64,000 bases of DNA from Bacillota bacterium. GTDB taxonomy: Bacteria > Bacillota > Dethiobacteria > DTU022. Positions 52,699 through 61,972 of the stretch are shown one piece after another. Under the pieces are notes generated by a model. The model searched no databases. It saw nothing but the letters and a program-made list of their open reading frames with translations, and had not been told where the DNA came from. Location of the stretch: the NCBI GenBank assembly GCA_029552125.1, contig JAKPEE010000106.1, positions 15,699-79,698 of the forward strand. The letters run 5' to 3'. The stretch's first letter is position 1, and the number at the start of each line of letters is the position of its first letter. A program made the translations under genes and the position numbers.

Positions 52699-54600
52699 AT
52701 GCGTAAAGTCTATCTGAACAATATCCCCCGGGAAGAAGCGCTGCAGCGTTTCCTGGAAAAGGCAGCCATACCGCGGCGCACGGAAACCGTGCCGGTGGCG
52801 GAAGCCCTGGGACGGGTCACGGCAGCACCCGTTTTCGCCCGCCTCTCCATGCCGGGCTACCACGCTGCAGCCATGGACGGCTACGCCGTGCGGGCGGAAA
52901 GCACTTTCGGCGCCTCCGACCAGAGACCGCTGCGGCTGGCGCCGGGGGACGGCTACGAAGCAGTAGATACGGGAGACCCTCTGCCGCCCGGATTTGACGC
53001 GGTGATCAAGGTAGAAGATGTTCAACCGCTGGAGGACGGCACTATCGAAATTTTAGCTCCGGCCACCCCCTGGCAGCATGTCCGGCCGGTGGGAGAGGAC
53101 GTGGTGGCAGGAGAGTTGATCCTGACCGCCGGCCAGACCCTGCGCCCGCAAGACCTGGGAGCCTTGCTGGCCGGGGGAGTGCTGGAGCTGGAAGTGCTGG
53201 CCCGGCCCAGGGCCGTGATTATACCCACCGGTTCCGAGATTGTCCCGCCGGAAGCCCGGCGCGGCAAGGGAGATATACCTGATTTTAACAGCACTGTCAT
53301 CGCCGCATATCTGCAGGAGTGGGGGGCTACGGCCACTGTTTACCCCATCGTGCGCGATGACCTGGAGAAAATTACTGCTGCGGTAAAGCAAGCCATGGCC
53401 GGGGGCGACCTCATCATCGTTATCGCCGGCTCTTCCGCCGGGCGGGAAGACTACACCAGCCGCGTGATCGAAGATCTGGGCGAAGTGCTGCTGCACGGCG
53501 TGGCCACCCGCCCCGGCAAACCGACGATCCTGGGCCTGGCACAGGGAAAACCGGTGGTGGGCCTGCCCGGCTACCCCGTTTCAGCCTATATGAGCCTGGA
53601 ATGGTTTGTGCGCCCCCTGCTCTACCGCTACCGGGGACAGCCGCTGCCGCAGCGGGAGCGGCTGGAAGCGGTGCTGGGACGGCGCATCGTCTCGGAAATG
53701 GGCCTGGAAGAGCATCTGCGCATGGCCATAGGCTTTGTGGGCGGCCGGTTCGTGGCCAACCCGCTGGCCCGCGGCGCCGGGATAACCATGTCGCTGGTCC
53801 GGGCAGACGGCCTGCTGATCATCCCGGAACACTCGCTCGGGTTTGAGCAGGGTGACACGGTAACCCTGGAGCTTTATCGCCCCGCGGCAGAGCTTAAACA
53901 CAATCTCCTTGCCGCCGGCAGCCACGATTTGATTATCGACCTTTTGGCCACGGCGCTGAAAAGTAAAGATCCCCGGCTGGCGCTCTCTTCGGCCCACCTG
54001 GGCAGCATGGGGGGTATTTTTGCCGTGGACCGGGGCCAGGCCCACCTGGCCGGGGTCCACCTGTACGACCCGGAAACAGGCGATTACAATGTACCCTATA
54101 TTCGCCGGCTGGCGACCAACAAAGAGCTCTGTCTGGTCAACCTGACCTACCGCATGCAGGGCTGGATCGTGCCCCCGGGCAACCCGGACGGGGTGGACGG
54201 TGTGGAAAGCCTGGTGCGGCAGAAGATCAGCTTTATCAACCGGCAGAAGGGTGCGGGGACGCGCCTGCTGCTGGACCACCTGCTAAAAGAGGCCGGCTTG
54301 CACACGTCAGACCTCTACGGCTACGAGCGGGAAGAGCATACCCACCTGAACGTGGCCGCCGCCGTGGCCGCCGGCACCGCCCGGGCCGGGCTGGGCATTC
54401 TTTCCGCCGCCCGGGCCTTTGGCCTCGATTTTGTCCCGGTGGCGGAAGAGCGCTACGATTTATTGATGAGTAAAGACTTTTATCACTCCCCGGCGGGACA
54501 AACCCTGCTGGAAATTATCACCGACAGATCATTCCAGGAACAGGTGGAGGCGCTGGGCGGGTACAGCATGCGCGAAGCGGGCCGGTTGATTGATCTTTAA
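52699..54600 (+). CDS. MoeA paralog fused to a C-terminal periplasmic-binding-protein-like (molybdate/tungstate-binding-type) domain.
   Basis: ATG at 52699 after AGGAGGG. The MoeA core has PGYHAAAMDGYAV and PTGSEIV...AGSSAGREDY. An extra roughly 230 aa follows (AAGSHDLIIDLL...INRQKGAGTRLLLD), typical of the PBP-like extension in long MoeA proteins. Confidence 0.75.
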   Translation: MRKVYLNNIPREEALQRFLEKAAIPRRTETVPVAEALGRVTAAPVFARLSMPGYHAAAMDGYAVRAESTFGASDQRPLRLAPGDGYEAVDTGDPLPPGFDAVIKVEDVQPLEDGTIEILAPATPWQHVRPVGEDVVAGELILTAGQTLRPQDLGALLAGGVLELEVLARPRAVIIPTGSEIVPPEARRGKGDIPDFNSTVIAAYLQEWGATATVYPIVRDDLEKITAAVKQAMAGGDLIIVIAGSSAGREDYTSRVIEDLGEVLLHGVATRPGKPTILGLAQGKPVVGLPGYPVSAYMSLEWFVRPLLYRYRGQPLPQRERLEAVLGRRIVSEMGLEEHLRMAIGFVGGRFVANPLARGAGITMSLVRADGLLIIPEHSLGFEQGDTVTLELYRPAAELKHNLLAAGSHDLIIDLLATALKSKDPRLALSSAHLGSMGGIFAVDRGQAHLAGVHLYDPETGDYNVPYIRRLATNKELCLVNLTYRMQGWIVPPGNPDGVDGVESLVRQKISFINRQKGAGTRLLLDHLLKEAGLHTSDLYGYEREEHTHLNVAAAVAAGTARAGLGILSAARAFGLDFVPVAEERYDLLMSKDFYHSPAGQTLLEIITDRSFQEQVEALGGYSMREAGRLIDL

Positions 54601-54673
54601 AGGAGCATTTCTTTTGCCCGGATAAAAGCGCACCGGCACATAATTGCGGAAAAAGCTTGAGGAGGGATAGGCT

Positions 54674-55669
54674 GTGGCATTGATCGACTCTTACGGCAGA
54701 AAACACGATTACCTGCGTATTTCCGTAACAGACCGCTGCAACCTGCGCTGTATCTATTGCATGGGCGAGGCAGGGATAAAGCTGATCCCGCACCAGGAGA
54801 TCCTGCGCTATGAAGAGATCCTGCAGGTGGTGGAAGCAGGAGCAGCGGCAGGCATCCGCAAGATCCGCCTGACCGGCGGCGAACCGCTGGTGCGCAAAGA
54901 CCTGGCCACCCTGGTGGAGAAAATTGCCGGGGTTAAGGGCATCGAAGACCTGGCCATGACCACCAACGGGGTATTGCTGTCCCGCGAAGCACACCGGTTG
55001 AAGCAGGCCGGGCTGAAGCGGGTCAATATCAGCCTCGATTCCCTGGATCGGGAAAGATATAAGCGCATTACCCGTATCGGCGAACTGAAGCATGTTCTGG
55101 AAGGAATCGAAGCGGCCCTGCGCGAAGGGCTGGCTCCGGTCAAAATAAACATGGTTTTAATGAAGGGGCTTAATCACGACGAGGTGCCCGCCTTCCTGAA
55201 ATTAACGGCTACACGGCCGCTGCATGTACGCTTTATCGAATATATGCCCATCGGCGATCATGACCGGGAGTACCGCCGGCACTACCTGCCCCTGGAGTAT
55301 GTGCGTGAAACTGCGGCCCGGGCGGGGATGCCCCTAATCCCGGTTCCCTCCCCCGGCGGGGCCGGGCCGGCGGAAACATTTGCCATACCCGGAGCGCAGG
55401 GCACCGTGGGGCTAATCCGCCCCATCAGCCAGCATTTTTGCCATTCCTGCAACCGCCTGCGCCTGACCGCGGAAGGAAAGCTAAAAGCCTGCCTCTACTG
55501 GCAGGACGAGCACCCGGTGCGTCCGGCCCTGGGCGATCCGGCGAAGCTGCAGGCGCTATATCAAAAGGTACTGGATTTAAAAGCGCGGGAACACCACATG
55601 AGCCCGGGGCGCAAAAGCGGTCCGGTCAATCCAGGAGCCATGCGAACGATGTCGAAAACGGGCGGCTAG
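54674..55669 (+). CDS. moaA: GTP 3',8-cyclase MoaA (radical SAM).
   Basis: GRKHDYLRISVTDRCNLRCIYC (CxxxCxxC) and the C-terminal second cluster CHSCNRLRLTAEGKLKAC. GTG start after GAGGAGGG. Confidence 0.9.
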   Translation: MALIDSYGRKHDYLRISVTDRCNLRCIYCMGEAGIKLIPHQEILRYEEILQVVEAGAAAGIRKIRLTGGEPLVRKDLATLVEKIAGVKGIEDLAMTTNGVLLSREAHRLKQAGLKRVNISLDSLDRERYKRITRIGELKHVLEGIEAALREGLAPVKINMVLMKGLNHDEVPAFLKLTATRPLHVRFIEYMPIGDHDREYRRHYLPLEYVRETAARAGMPLIPVPSPGGAGPAETFAIPGAQGTVGLIRPISQHFCHSCNRLRLTAEGKLKACLYWQDEHPVRPALGDPAKLQALYQKVLDLKAREHHMSPGRKSGPVNPGAMRTMSKTGG

Positions 55670-55730
55670 CCGTCCGGTAACTCCTCCCCCTTGATGGAGG
55701 AGGGCCGGGGTAGGGGTGAAGGTTATCGGA

Positions 55731-55774
55731 CCCCCTCTCCCTAACCCTCTCCCACCAGGGGAGAGGGAACTGCC
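55731..55774. repeat. Polypyrimidine/polypurine hairpin repeat, copy A (CCCTCTCCC-ACCA-GGGGAGAGGG core).
   Basis: It lies in the intergenic region between moaA and mobB-moaC. A closely related copy lies at 63338-63381. Two more CT-rich/GA-rich hairpins flank it, at 55681-55722 and about 55812-55860. Confidence 0.7.
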
Positions 55775-55935
55775 GCTGCCGCACTGAATTCCGTAGATGC
55801 AGACAACAGGCAGGTTAACCGGTCTCCTTCCTCCTCTTGATTGGAAGGACCCTGGTAAGGGAAGACAGAAGGGTAAAAGTACGTAGATTGAAAATTTCTG
55901 CTGCCGGAGTATACATAGATTAAGGAGGGAATCGG

Positions 55936-56925
55936 GTGGCACCGGTGACAATTAATCTGGTTTCGGCCCAGTCGGGTACCGGAAAAACGACCATTTTAGA
56001 AAAGCTTATACCCGAGCTTACGGGGCGCGGCCTCAAGGTAGCGGCGCTCAAGGGAGAAATCCATCACTACAACCTGGACCTGCCGGGCAAAGACACCTGG
56101 CGCTTCGCCCGGGCAGGCGCGATAGTAGCAGGGATGACCACCCCGGAAAAATATATTCTCATCGGCAGTGACCCGGTTCAGGGCGGCATGGCCGCGGCGC
56201 AACAGCTATTGCAGGATCTGGATCTCATTCTCGTGGAGGGGCACAAGAAAAGCGGCAACCCTAAAATCGAGGTAGTCCGGGGAGCGGTCAATCAAAAACC
56301 GTTGCTGCCCGATCACGTCATCGCCGTCATTACCGATGTGCCCAACCTGGCGGTGGAGGTGCCGGTGTTCCACCTGGAGGATATAAAAGGACTGGCCGCG
56401 TTTATTCTTGAACGTTTCTTTACCCCCGACAAAGACGGCCGAACCGCCGAGTTGACCCACTTTGACCCCTCGGGGCGGCCGCGTATGGTCGATGTTTCCG
56501 GCAAAGCGGAGACCCTGCGGGAAGCCTATGCCCGGGGTGAAATCGTGATGCAGCCGGAAACCCTGGCCCGGGTGAAAGAAGGAAAGATGGCCAAGGGCGA
56601 CGTTCTGGGAGTGGCCCAGGTGGCGGCGATCATGGCGGTTAAAGAAACAGGGCGCCTCATCCCCATGGCCCACCCCCTCCAGGTTTCCGGCGTGGAAGTG
56701 GATTTTAACCTGGTGGAAGGCCGGGAGAGTAAAATCGAAATCGGGGTGCGGGTAAAGCTGACCGGGCGGACCGGCGTAGAGATGGAAGCGCTCACCGGGG
56801 TCAGCGTGGCCGCCCTGACCATATATGACATGTGCAAAGCCATTGACAAATCAATGGTCATTCAAAACATCCGCTTGATCGAAAAGAAAGGAGGCCGTTC
56901 CGGGCACTATCGCCGGGAACCATAA
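55936..56925 (+). CDS. Bifunctional MobB (GTP-binding adapter) / MoaC (cyclic pyranopterin monophosphate synthase) fusion.
   Basis: N-terminal P-loop SAQSGTGKTT with the MobB layout. The C-terminal half is MoaC (VDVSGK...GDVLGVAQVAAIMAVKET..LIPMAHP...TGRTGVEMEALTGVSVAALTIYDMCKA). Confidence 0.8.
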   Translation: MAPVTINLVSAQSGTGKTTILEKLIPELTGRGLKVAALKGEIHHYNLDLPGKDTWRFARAGAIVAGMTTPEKYILIGSDPVQGGMAAAQQLLQDLDLILVEGHKKSGNPKIEVVRGAVNQKPLLPDHVIAVITDVPNLAVEVPVFHLEDIKGLAAFILERFFTPDKDGRTAELTHFDPSGRPRMVDVSGKAETLREAYARGEIVMQPETLARVKEGKMAKGDVLGVAQVAAIMAVKETGRLIPMAHPLQVSGVEVDFNLVEGRESKIEIGVRVKLTGRTGVEMEALTGVSVAALTIYDMCKAIDKSMVIQNIRLIEKKGGRSGHYRREP

Positions 56926-56927
56926 CC

Positions 56928-57845
56928 ATGGCCGAAATCATCGCCATTTGCACCAGCGCCAGGAAGGGCGAACGGAAGAAAAATATCGGGCAGGGACGAC
57001 TGATAGCACACCAGGGCCTGGAAGGGGATGCCCACGCCGGCCATGACCACCGCCAGGTAAGTCTGCTGGCTATAGAAAGTATTGAAAAGATGATTGCCGC
57101 CGGGCTGAAAGTGGGCCCCGGCGATTTCGCGGAAAACCTGACCACAAGGGGAATCGATTTAGCCGGCCTACCCGTGGGCACACGCCTGCAGGCCGGAGCG
57201 GAGGCGGTGCTGCGCGTAACCCAGATCGGCAAAGAGTGCCACAACCGCTGCGCCATCTACTACCAGGCCGGCGACTGCGTGATGCCGCGGGAGGGCATCT
57301 TTGCGGAGGTGCTGCGGGGCGGCCCGCTGAAAGTGGGCGATACACTGCGGATCAGGCTGGCGTACCGCTTTGGCGTGCTCACCGCCAGCGACAAGGGCGC
57401 CGCCGGAGAACGGGAAGACAAAAGCGGGCCCGCCGCGGCTGAGTTTCTGGCCCCCTGGGGCGACGTGGTTGATACTGCCGTGGTGCCCGATGACCGTGCC
57501 TCCCTGAAGGCGGCCTTGAAGAAGATGGTTGCGGCGGGGCTGGACGCTGTCTTCACCACCGGAGGAACAGGCCTTTCCCCCAGGGATGTTACCCCCGAAG
57601 CGACCCTGGAGGTAGTGGACCGGCTTGTCCCGGGCCTGGCCGAAGCGATCCGCCGCGAAACGGCGGCGGTTACACCGCTGGCCATGCTTTCGCGGGGCGT
57701 GGCCGGTATCAGCGGCCGCACCCTCATCGTCAACCTGCCCGGCAGCCCCAAGGCGGTGCGGGAATGCCTGGCCGTGCTGGCCCCGGTTTTAGATCATGCC
57801 CTGGAGATCCTGACCGGGCGGGGCGGAGAGTGCGGCAGCCCGTAG
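56928..57845 (+). CDS. Fusion of a MOSC-domain protein with a MoaB/Mog-type MoCF_biosynth domain.
   Basis: The N-terminal roughly 145 aa is MOSC-like (HQGLEGDAHAG...RQVSLL...GENLTT-like FAENLTTRGIDL). The C-terminal half has TTGGTGLSPRDVTPEA and LPGSPKA, which are MoaB/Mog signatures. Confidence 0.7.
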   Translation: MAEIIAICTSARKGERKKNIGQGRLIAHQGLEGDAHAGHDHRQVSLLAIESIEKMIAAGLKVGPGDFAENLTTRGIDLAGLPVGTRLQAGAEAVLRVTQIGKECHNRCAIYYQAGDCVMPREGIFAEVLRGGPLKVGDTLRIRLAYRFGVLTASDKGAAGEREDKSGPAAAEFLAPWGDVVDTAVVPDDRASLKAALKKMVAAGLDAVFTTGGTGLSPRDVTPEATLEVVDRLVPGLAEAIRRETAAVTPLAMLSRGVAGISGRTLIVNLPGSPKAVRECLAVLAPVLDHALEILTGRGGECGSP

Positions 57846-57882
57846 GCTTCCTGGATTGCCCCGCAGGCTCTAGAGTTGTACC

Positions 57883-58257
57883 TTAGTTAACCTCACTCCC
57901 GCTGCCCTCGTTATCGCTCCATGGCCGGCGCCGCGGGCAGGGGCACGGTTTTAACTGGAGGATCCTTCGCTGCTGCTCCGGAGAATCGAGATAGCTTTTC
58001 TGGACAGCCTCGCCAGTGGCCAGGCGCCGGTCCAGCGGGCTGCGGTGGGCATAGCCCCGCCGCTCCATCTCGCGCACCAGCGCTTCATGCCTGGCATAAA
58101 GGGCCGTCAGTTTGCCAACCCAGCGCCTCGTTTCCGGATGCCGGCTGTAGCCTTCTTTCTTCTGGGTGAGGATGTTCCACAGCCCATGCAGTTCGCGGTG
58201 CTCTCCTAAAAGATGGTGGCGGCACAACTCACCCGGGTCAATATCCCAGATCCGCAA
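57883..58257 (-). CDS. Pyrimidine dimer DNA glycosylase (T4 endonuclease V-like, Pyr_excise family).
   Basis: TTG start at 58257 after GGAGGG. It reads (M)RIWDIDPGELCRHHLLGEHRELHGLWNIL...GYSRHPETRRW, the family hallmark. Confidence 0.75.
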   Translation of the reverse strand: MRIWDIDPGELCRHHLLGEHRELHGLWNILTQKKEGYSRHPETRRWVGKLTALYARHEALVREMERRGYAHRSPLDRRLATGEAVQKSYLDSPEQQRRILQLKPCPCPRRRPWSDNEGSGSEVN

Positions 58258-58329
58258 CTTTAACCCTCCAGTAACAACCGTTAATTTTCGAAAACCCGGG
58301 CCCGCTCTGCCACTCAAGAGTGGTAAAAC

Positions 58330-58640
58330 AATCCCGGCTTACTTCCACTTTTCCTGTTTCAGGATCGCTGCGCCACTGCGCTCCCCGCCATGACCGCTCG
58401 TTATACTTTTTGCCATGCAGATGAAGTTTGAATTTCGTGCAGTAATATCTTTGCCGAATTAACCGGAATGGATGATCACGGAAAAAAATCAGGGCCGCAG
58501 GCGGCAGTGATTTGCTGGTCGGCTTTTACGACTGCTTGATGAGCGAAACGTATTACCCCTCTACCTATCCCCGGATGGACAATTTCTGTTGGCGATAATC
58601 ACCGGCAGCGCTTTCCAAAAGCCGGTGAGCACAAATTAAT
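58330..58640 (-). pseudogene. Possible decayed gene remnant (DUF523-like fragments in several frames).
   Basis: Minus-strand fragments LTGFWKALPVIIANRNCPSGD, FAHQAVVKADQQITAACGPDFF and FGKDITARNSNF...GAAILKQEK sit in different frames separated by stops. The family assignment is tentative. Confidence 0.3.
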
Positions 58641-58698
58641 TAGGGGCCAGCAGCGGCCCCCATTGATTAGAATTTTTTTTAGATTGTGAGCTGAGAAG

Positions 58699-59433
58699 CT
58701 ATTCTTTCAAGGCACTGAGAATAGAGCGCAGGCGCTCGCGGTAGCCGGCGTTTTCAATAACCGTGCCGGTAACCACAATGTCCGCCCCGGCCTGGCGCAC
58801 CCGGCGGGCGTCGATGGCGGTGCGGATGCCGCCGCCCACGATAAGCGGTATGGAAATTTCCCGTTTAACCGCGCGGATCATCCCGGCAGGCACCGGTTGA
58901 GCCGCACCGTTTCCGGCTTCAAGGTAAACGAAATCCATACCCATAAATTCAGCCGCCAGGGCATAACCGATGGCTTTCCAGAAGTTATCCCGGGAGACCA
59001 GTTCAGCTTCGCCCAGCTCGGCAATTTTCATCCCCGGTTCGACCATGATATAACCGGCGGAGATAGTTTCCACTTCGAGGCGTTTTAACACCAGGGCAAT
59101 TTTGGCGTGAGCACCGCTAATAAAATGGGGATTGCTTGAATTGAGCATGCTTAAAAACAGAAAAGCGTCAAGGTTTAAACTCAAAGATTCGGTTCCAGCC
59201 GGGTAGAACAGGACGGGAATTGAAGTCCGCTGTTTAACCACATCCACTGTTTCGACCAGGGCTCTCTGGGTAATATTGGCGGAGCCGCCCAAAAAGATTA
59301 GATCGCTGCCCACTTCCTGGGCTGTTTCGGCCAGGCGGCCGGCAGCCTCCGGGACCTGGCGGGAAGGATCAATTAAAGTGATGTGAACGGCGCCTTGCGC
59401 CAGTTTATTATTTAAATACTCTTTGACTTTCAT
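58699..59433 (-). CDS. pcrB: Geranylgeranylglyceryl / heptaprenylglyceryl phosphate synthase family protein (PcrB-like).
   Basis: TIM-barrel pattern with HITLIDPS, LFLGGS and PLIVGGGIRT; 244 aa. A hairpin GGGGCCGCTGCTGGCCCC lies downstream at 58643-58660. Confidence 0.65.
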   Translation of the reverse strand: MKVKEYLNNKLAQGAVHITLIDPSRQVPEAAGRLAETAQEVGSDLIFLGGSANITQRALVETVDVVKQRTSIPVLFYPAGTESLSLNLDAFLFLSMLNSSNPHFISGAHAKIALVLKRLEVETISAGYIMVEPGMKIAELGEAELVSRDNFWKAIGYALAAEFMGMDFVYLEAGNGAAQPVPAGMIRAVKREISIPLIVGGGIRTAIDARRVRQAGADIVVTGTVIENAGYRERLRSILSALKE

Positions 59434-59565
59434 TTAATTCAAAACCTTTTTATTAATTATACTTTATCGCTATTACCTAAAATTATAAATCAGACCCGGC
59501 ACTTTGACAACAGCTAAGTTTTACCGTAATTAGCTCCAGGGTGCCACCACGCCCCATTTGCCGGG

Positions 59566-60441
59566 CTAGAGGGCTTCATAAAGCCTGCCGCTATCCTGCA
59601 CGCATATCCGCGCCTTCTGCAGCATTAGCTGCAAGTGTTTTTCGATCATATTTCCCTCAAAGAAACGAAACAGATGCTCCGGGTAGGGATGGCGGCCGTA
59701 AATAAGCTTGAGGTCAATGAGCTGCTCCAGGGTCTTCGGGCCGCCTGTTAAAGCCTGGTAAAGTTTCTCTTCCCGCTGCTGGATCACGGCGGCATACCCG
59801 GCCAGGCACCGGTCCAGGCCGTCCCTTACGGGACTGCTGTGGCTGGTTAAAAGGAGCGCCGGTTTTAAACTGCGCAGGCGCTGAATTGATTTCAAAAAGC
59901 TGGCCGGATCCGAGGTGGGGTTGCCATACCACGGTCCAAAAGAGGTAAGATCGATATCCGCTGCGAAAACCGTTTCATATTCTTCAATGAGAAAGGCGCA
60001 ATGACCGGGGGTATGACCGGGAGTATGAAGCACCTGCACGGTCATAGTCCCCAGGTCGAACCGCATCCCATCTTCGATGGATCCGGCCAAACTTGTCGCC
60101 GTAAAGCCGCTTTGCCTGACCAGCTTCCAGTAATCTGCACCGCAGAAACGGCCCAGTCCGCTCAGTTCCAAAAAGCCTTCCAGGCTTTGGACTCCCGGCG
60201 CATCCAGCGGGTGGATTTTAAAAGCGGCATCGGCAAAGAGATGGTTGCCCATAACGTGATCACGGTGGTAATGGCTCAAGAGAACCAGCTCCACCCGGCC
60301 GGACAGGGGAGCCAGGCCGGAACCGGCACCGGTATCTATAAGCAGGTTTGGATCTCCCTCAAGGAATAATGAGTGAGCGAAAGGGAAACGGCCCTTATTT
60401 TCAGCCTTAACCAGCCAGACCCCGGGCAGTATCTGTTCCAT
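59566..60441 (-). CDS. MBL-fold metallo-hydrolase.
   Basis: LLSHYHRDHVMGN (HxHxDH) and HTPGHTPGH. The start is trimmed to the ATG at 60441 (MEQILPGVWLV). Confidence 0.8.
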   Translation of the reverse strand: MEQILPGVWLVKAENKGRFPFAHSLFLEGDPNLLIDTGAGSGLAPLSGRVELVLLSHYHRDHVMGNHLFADAAFKIHPLDAPGVQSLEGFLELSGLGRFCGADYWKLVRQSGFTATSLAGSIEDGMRFDLGTMTVQVLHTPGHTPGHCAFLIEEYETVFAADIDLTSFGPWYGNPTSDPASFLKSIQRLRSLKPALLLTSHSSPVRDGLDRCLAGYAAVIQQREEKLYQALTGGPKTLEQLIDLKLIYGRHPYPEHLFRFFEGNMIEKHLQLMLQKARICVQDSGRLYEAL

Positions 60442-60594
60442 ATATATTCTCAACTCCTGCTGATTATGTTTTCCAGCTACTCCGTTTGCCAACAATGCAT
60501 AATGAGGCTGGCATCCGACAGGCAAAAACGGTAGGGTACTTCTCTCCGGGTAGATGCAGCAATCCGGGACAATTGAAGTCTAATCTGTTGAGGT

Positions 60595-60756
60595 TTATTT
60601 TTTTATGGCATGCATCCCCTGTAAAAACAGCAAAAAGAAAACCATTGGTATTACAGCATAACCTGCGTTAGCTTTATCGCCGGTATAAATAACGTAGATT
60701 GCTCCACAGATTGTTAATACTGCAAAAATAACTGACAATAATTTTGTTATTTTCAA
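60595..60756 (-). CDS. Possible 53-aa hydrophobic peptide.
   Basis: The TTG-initiated frame reads LKITKLLSVIFAVLTICGAIYVIYTGDKANAGYAVIPMVFFLLFLQGMHAIKK*, which gives two TM-like segments. The RBS is weak. It lies in the AT-rich islet downstream of the YcxB-like gene. Confidence 0.3.
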   Translation of the reverse strand: MKITKLLSVIFAVLTICGAIYVIYTGDKANAGYAVIPMVFFLLFLQGMHAIKK

Positions 60757-60848
60757 TCTTTACTCGCCCTGTTCAGATGGAGTATTTTCAATCAACGACG
60801 ATAATCGTACTTAAACATTTCCGATTCCATTTTGCCGTAGTCTTACCA

Positions 60849-61370
60849 TTAGATGCTTTTATATTTGTTTCCAAACTTATTGACAACAAATTCCTTGAAT
60901 GCTTTAAGATTATCAATATCTTTTTTTCTTACCAGGGACGCTTGATTTATGGTTAAATAAAAAATAAAATAATCTTTACTTTCCAGTAGAGTATAAAATT
61001 GACTATACTTTAACTCACCCGTAGACTTAAGCTCCTTATTCTCAAAAACAATCCGGTCGTCATAAAACTTTAAAGTATTAATGCTATCAAAGGCACCGGT
61101 TTGATCTGTTTTTATTCGTTGTGCCTTTCTCATTTCAACTTTAAATACAACAACAGCTATGGCCAGAGCAAACAAAGCAATCCAGCTGATGATCAGCTTA
61201 GTGAAATCTAAATTACCACTATCAAAACTTACTATTATGCTTGCAGCCAAAGAGATTAACCCCAGCAAAGGGATTACAGCTTTATTTTTTCTGAAGGCTG
61301 CTATGTATAAAAATTTCCGGTAATCTTCCTTTGACATTGTTGTATTAATAATGATTTCAGGTTGTTCCAC
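60849..61370 (-). CDS. YcxB-like membrane protein.
   Basis: Two central TM helices flanked by the YcxB pattern (MSKEDYRKFLY... and C-terminal YFIFYLTINQASLVRKKDI). A GTG at 61370 follows AGGGGGG. GC content is clearly lower than in the neighbours. Confidence 0.6.
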   Translation of the reverse strand: MEQPEIIINTTMSKEDYRKFLYIAAFRKNKAVIPLLGLISLAASIIVSFDSGNLDFTKLIISWIALFALAIAVVVFKVEMRKAQRIKTDQTGAFDSINTLKFYDDRIVFENKELKSTGELKYSQFYTLLESKDYFIFYLTINQASLVRKKDIDNLKAFKEFVVNKFGNKYKSI

Positions 61371-61475
61371 AGTATCCCCCCTACTCAATTATAACGGTTT
61401 TCCACACATTTTTCTAACGATTGTGGCCTGCAGGCGAGGGATGACAGCTGCGCCCGCACCAATTGTTTTTTACAC

Positions 61476-61513
61476 ATAAAAAACCGCCAAAGGGAATTAA
61501 CCAACGGCGGTTT
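61476..61513 (-). terminator. Rho-independent terminator after rpsI.
   Basis: Minus strand: AAACCGCC, a 17-nt loop, GGCGGTTT, then TTTATGTG. Confidence 0.8.
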
Positions 61514-61579
61514 ATTGAACTGGCAAGCAAATTTTTAAGTTTGAACAAAACTGGAGTGTAAATAAGGCACCCAGGTTGT

Positions 61580-61972
61580 TTAACGCTTGGAAAACTGGGG
61601 CGCGCGGCGGGCCTTTTTCAAGCCGTATTTTTTACGCTCTTTCATGCGCGGATCCCTGGTCAGGTAACCATTTTTCTTTAATACTGGACGGTATTCGCTG
61701 TCAGCCTGGAGTAGAGCCCTGGCGATGCCGTGGCGGATGGCCCCGGCCTGTCCGGAATAACCGCCGCCCTCCACCCTGGCAATAACATCAAACCGGTCCA
61801 GCGTAGCCGTTGCGGTCAGCGGCTGGCGCACAATCAACTTCAAGGATTCCAGGCCAAAATACTGATCCATCGGTTTGCCGTTTATGATAACCTTGCCTTC
61901 ACCTGGAACCATGCGAACCCTGGCCACAGATTTCTTACGGCGTCCGGTGCCCATATATTGCACTAAACTCAA
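61580..61972 (-). CDS. rpsI: 30S ribosomal protein S9.
   Basis: ...[30 protein letters not shown]... and the C-terminal [12 protein letters not shown]. The TTG start overlaps the rplM TGA (CTTGA) and gives 130 aa. Confidence 0.9.
   Translation of the reverse strand: MSLVQYMGTGRRKKSVARVRMVPGEGKVIINGKPMDQYFGLESLKLIVRQPLTATATLDRFDVIARVEGGGYSGQAGAIRHGIARALLQADSEYRPVLKKNGYLTRDPRMKERKKYGLKKARRAPQFSKR

Noticed and set aside
51759-54279. Several long minus-strand ORFs (51759..52316, 51974..52429, 53053..53496, 53581..54279) inside the moeA genes.
   Set aside because: They are antisense shadows of well-supported MoeA coding frames. Their translations are Arg/Pro/Gly/His-rich and lack start-site signals.
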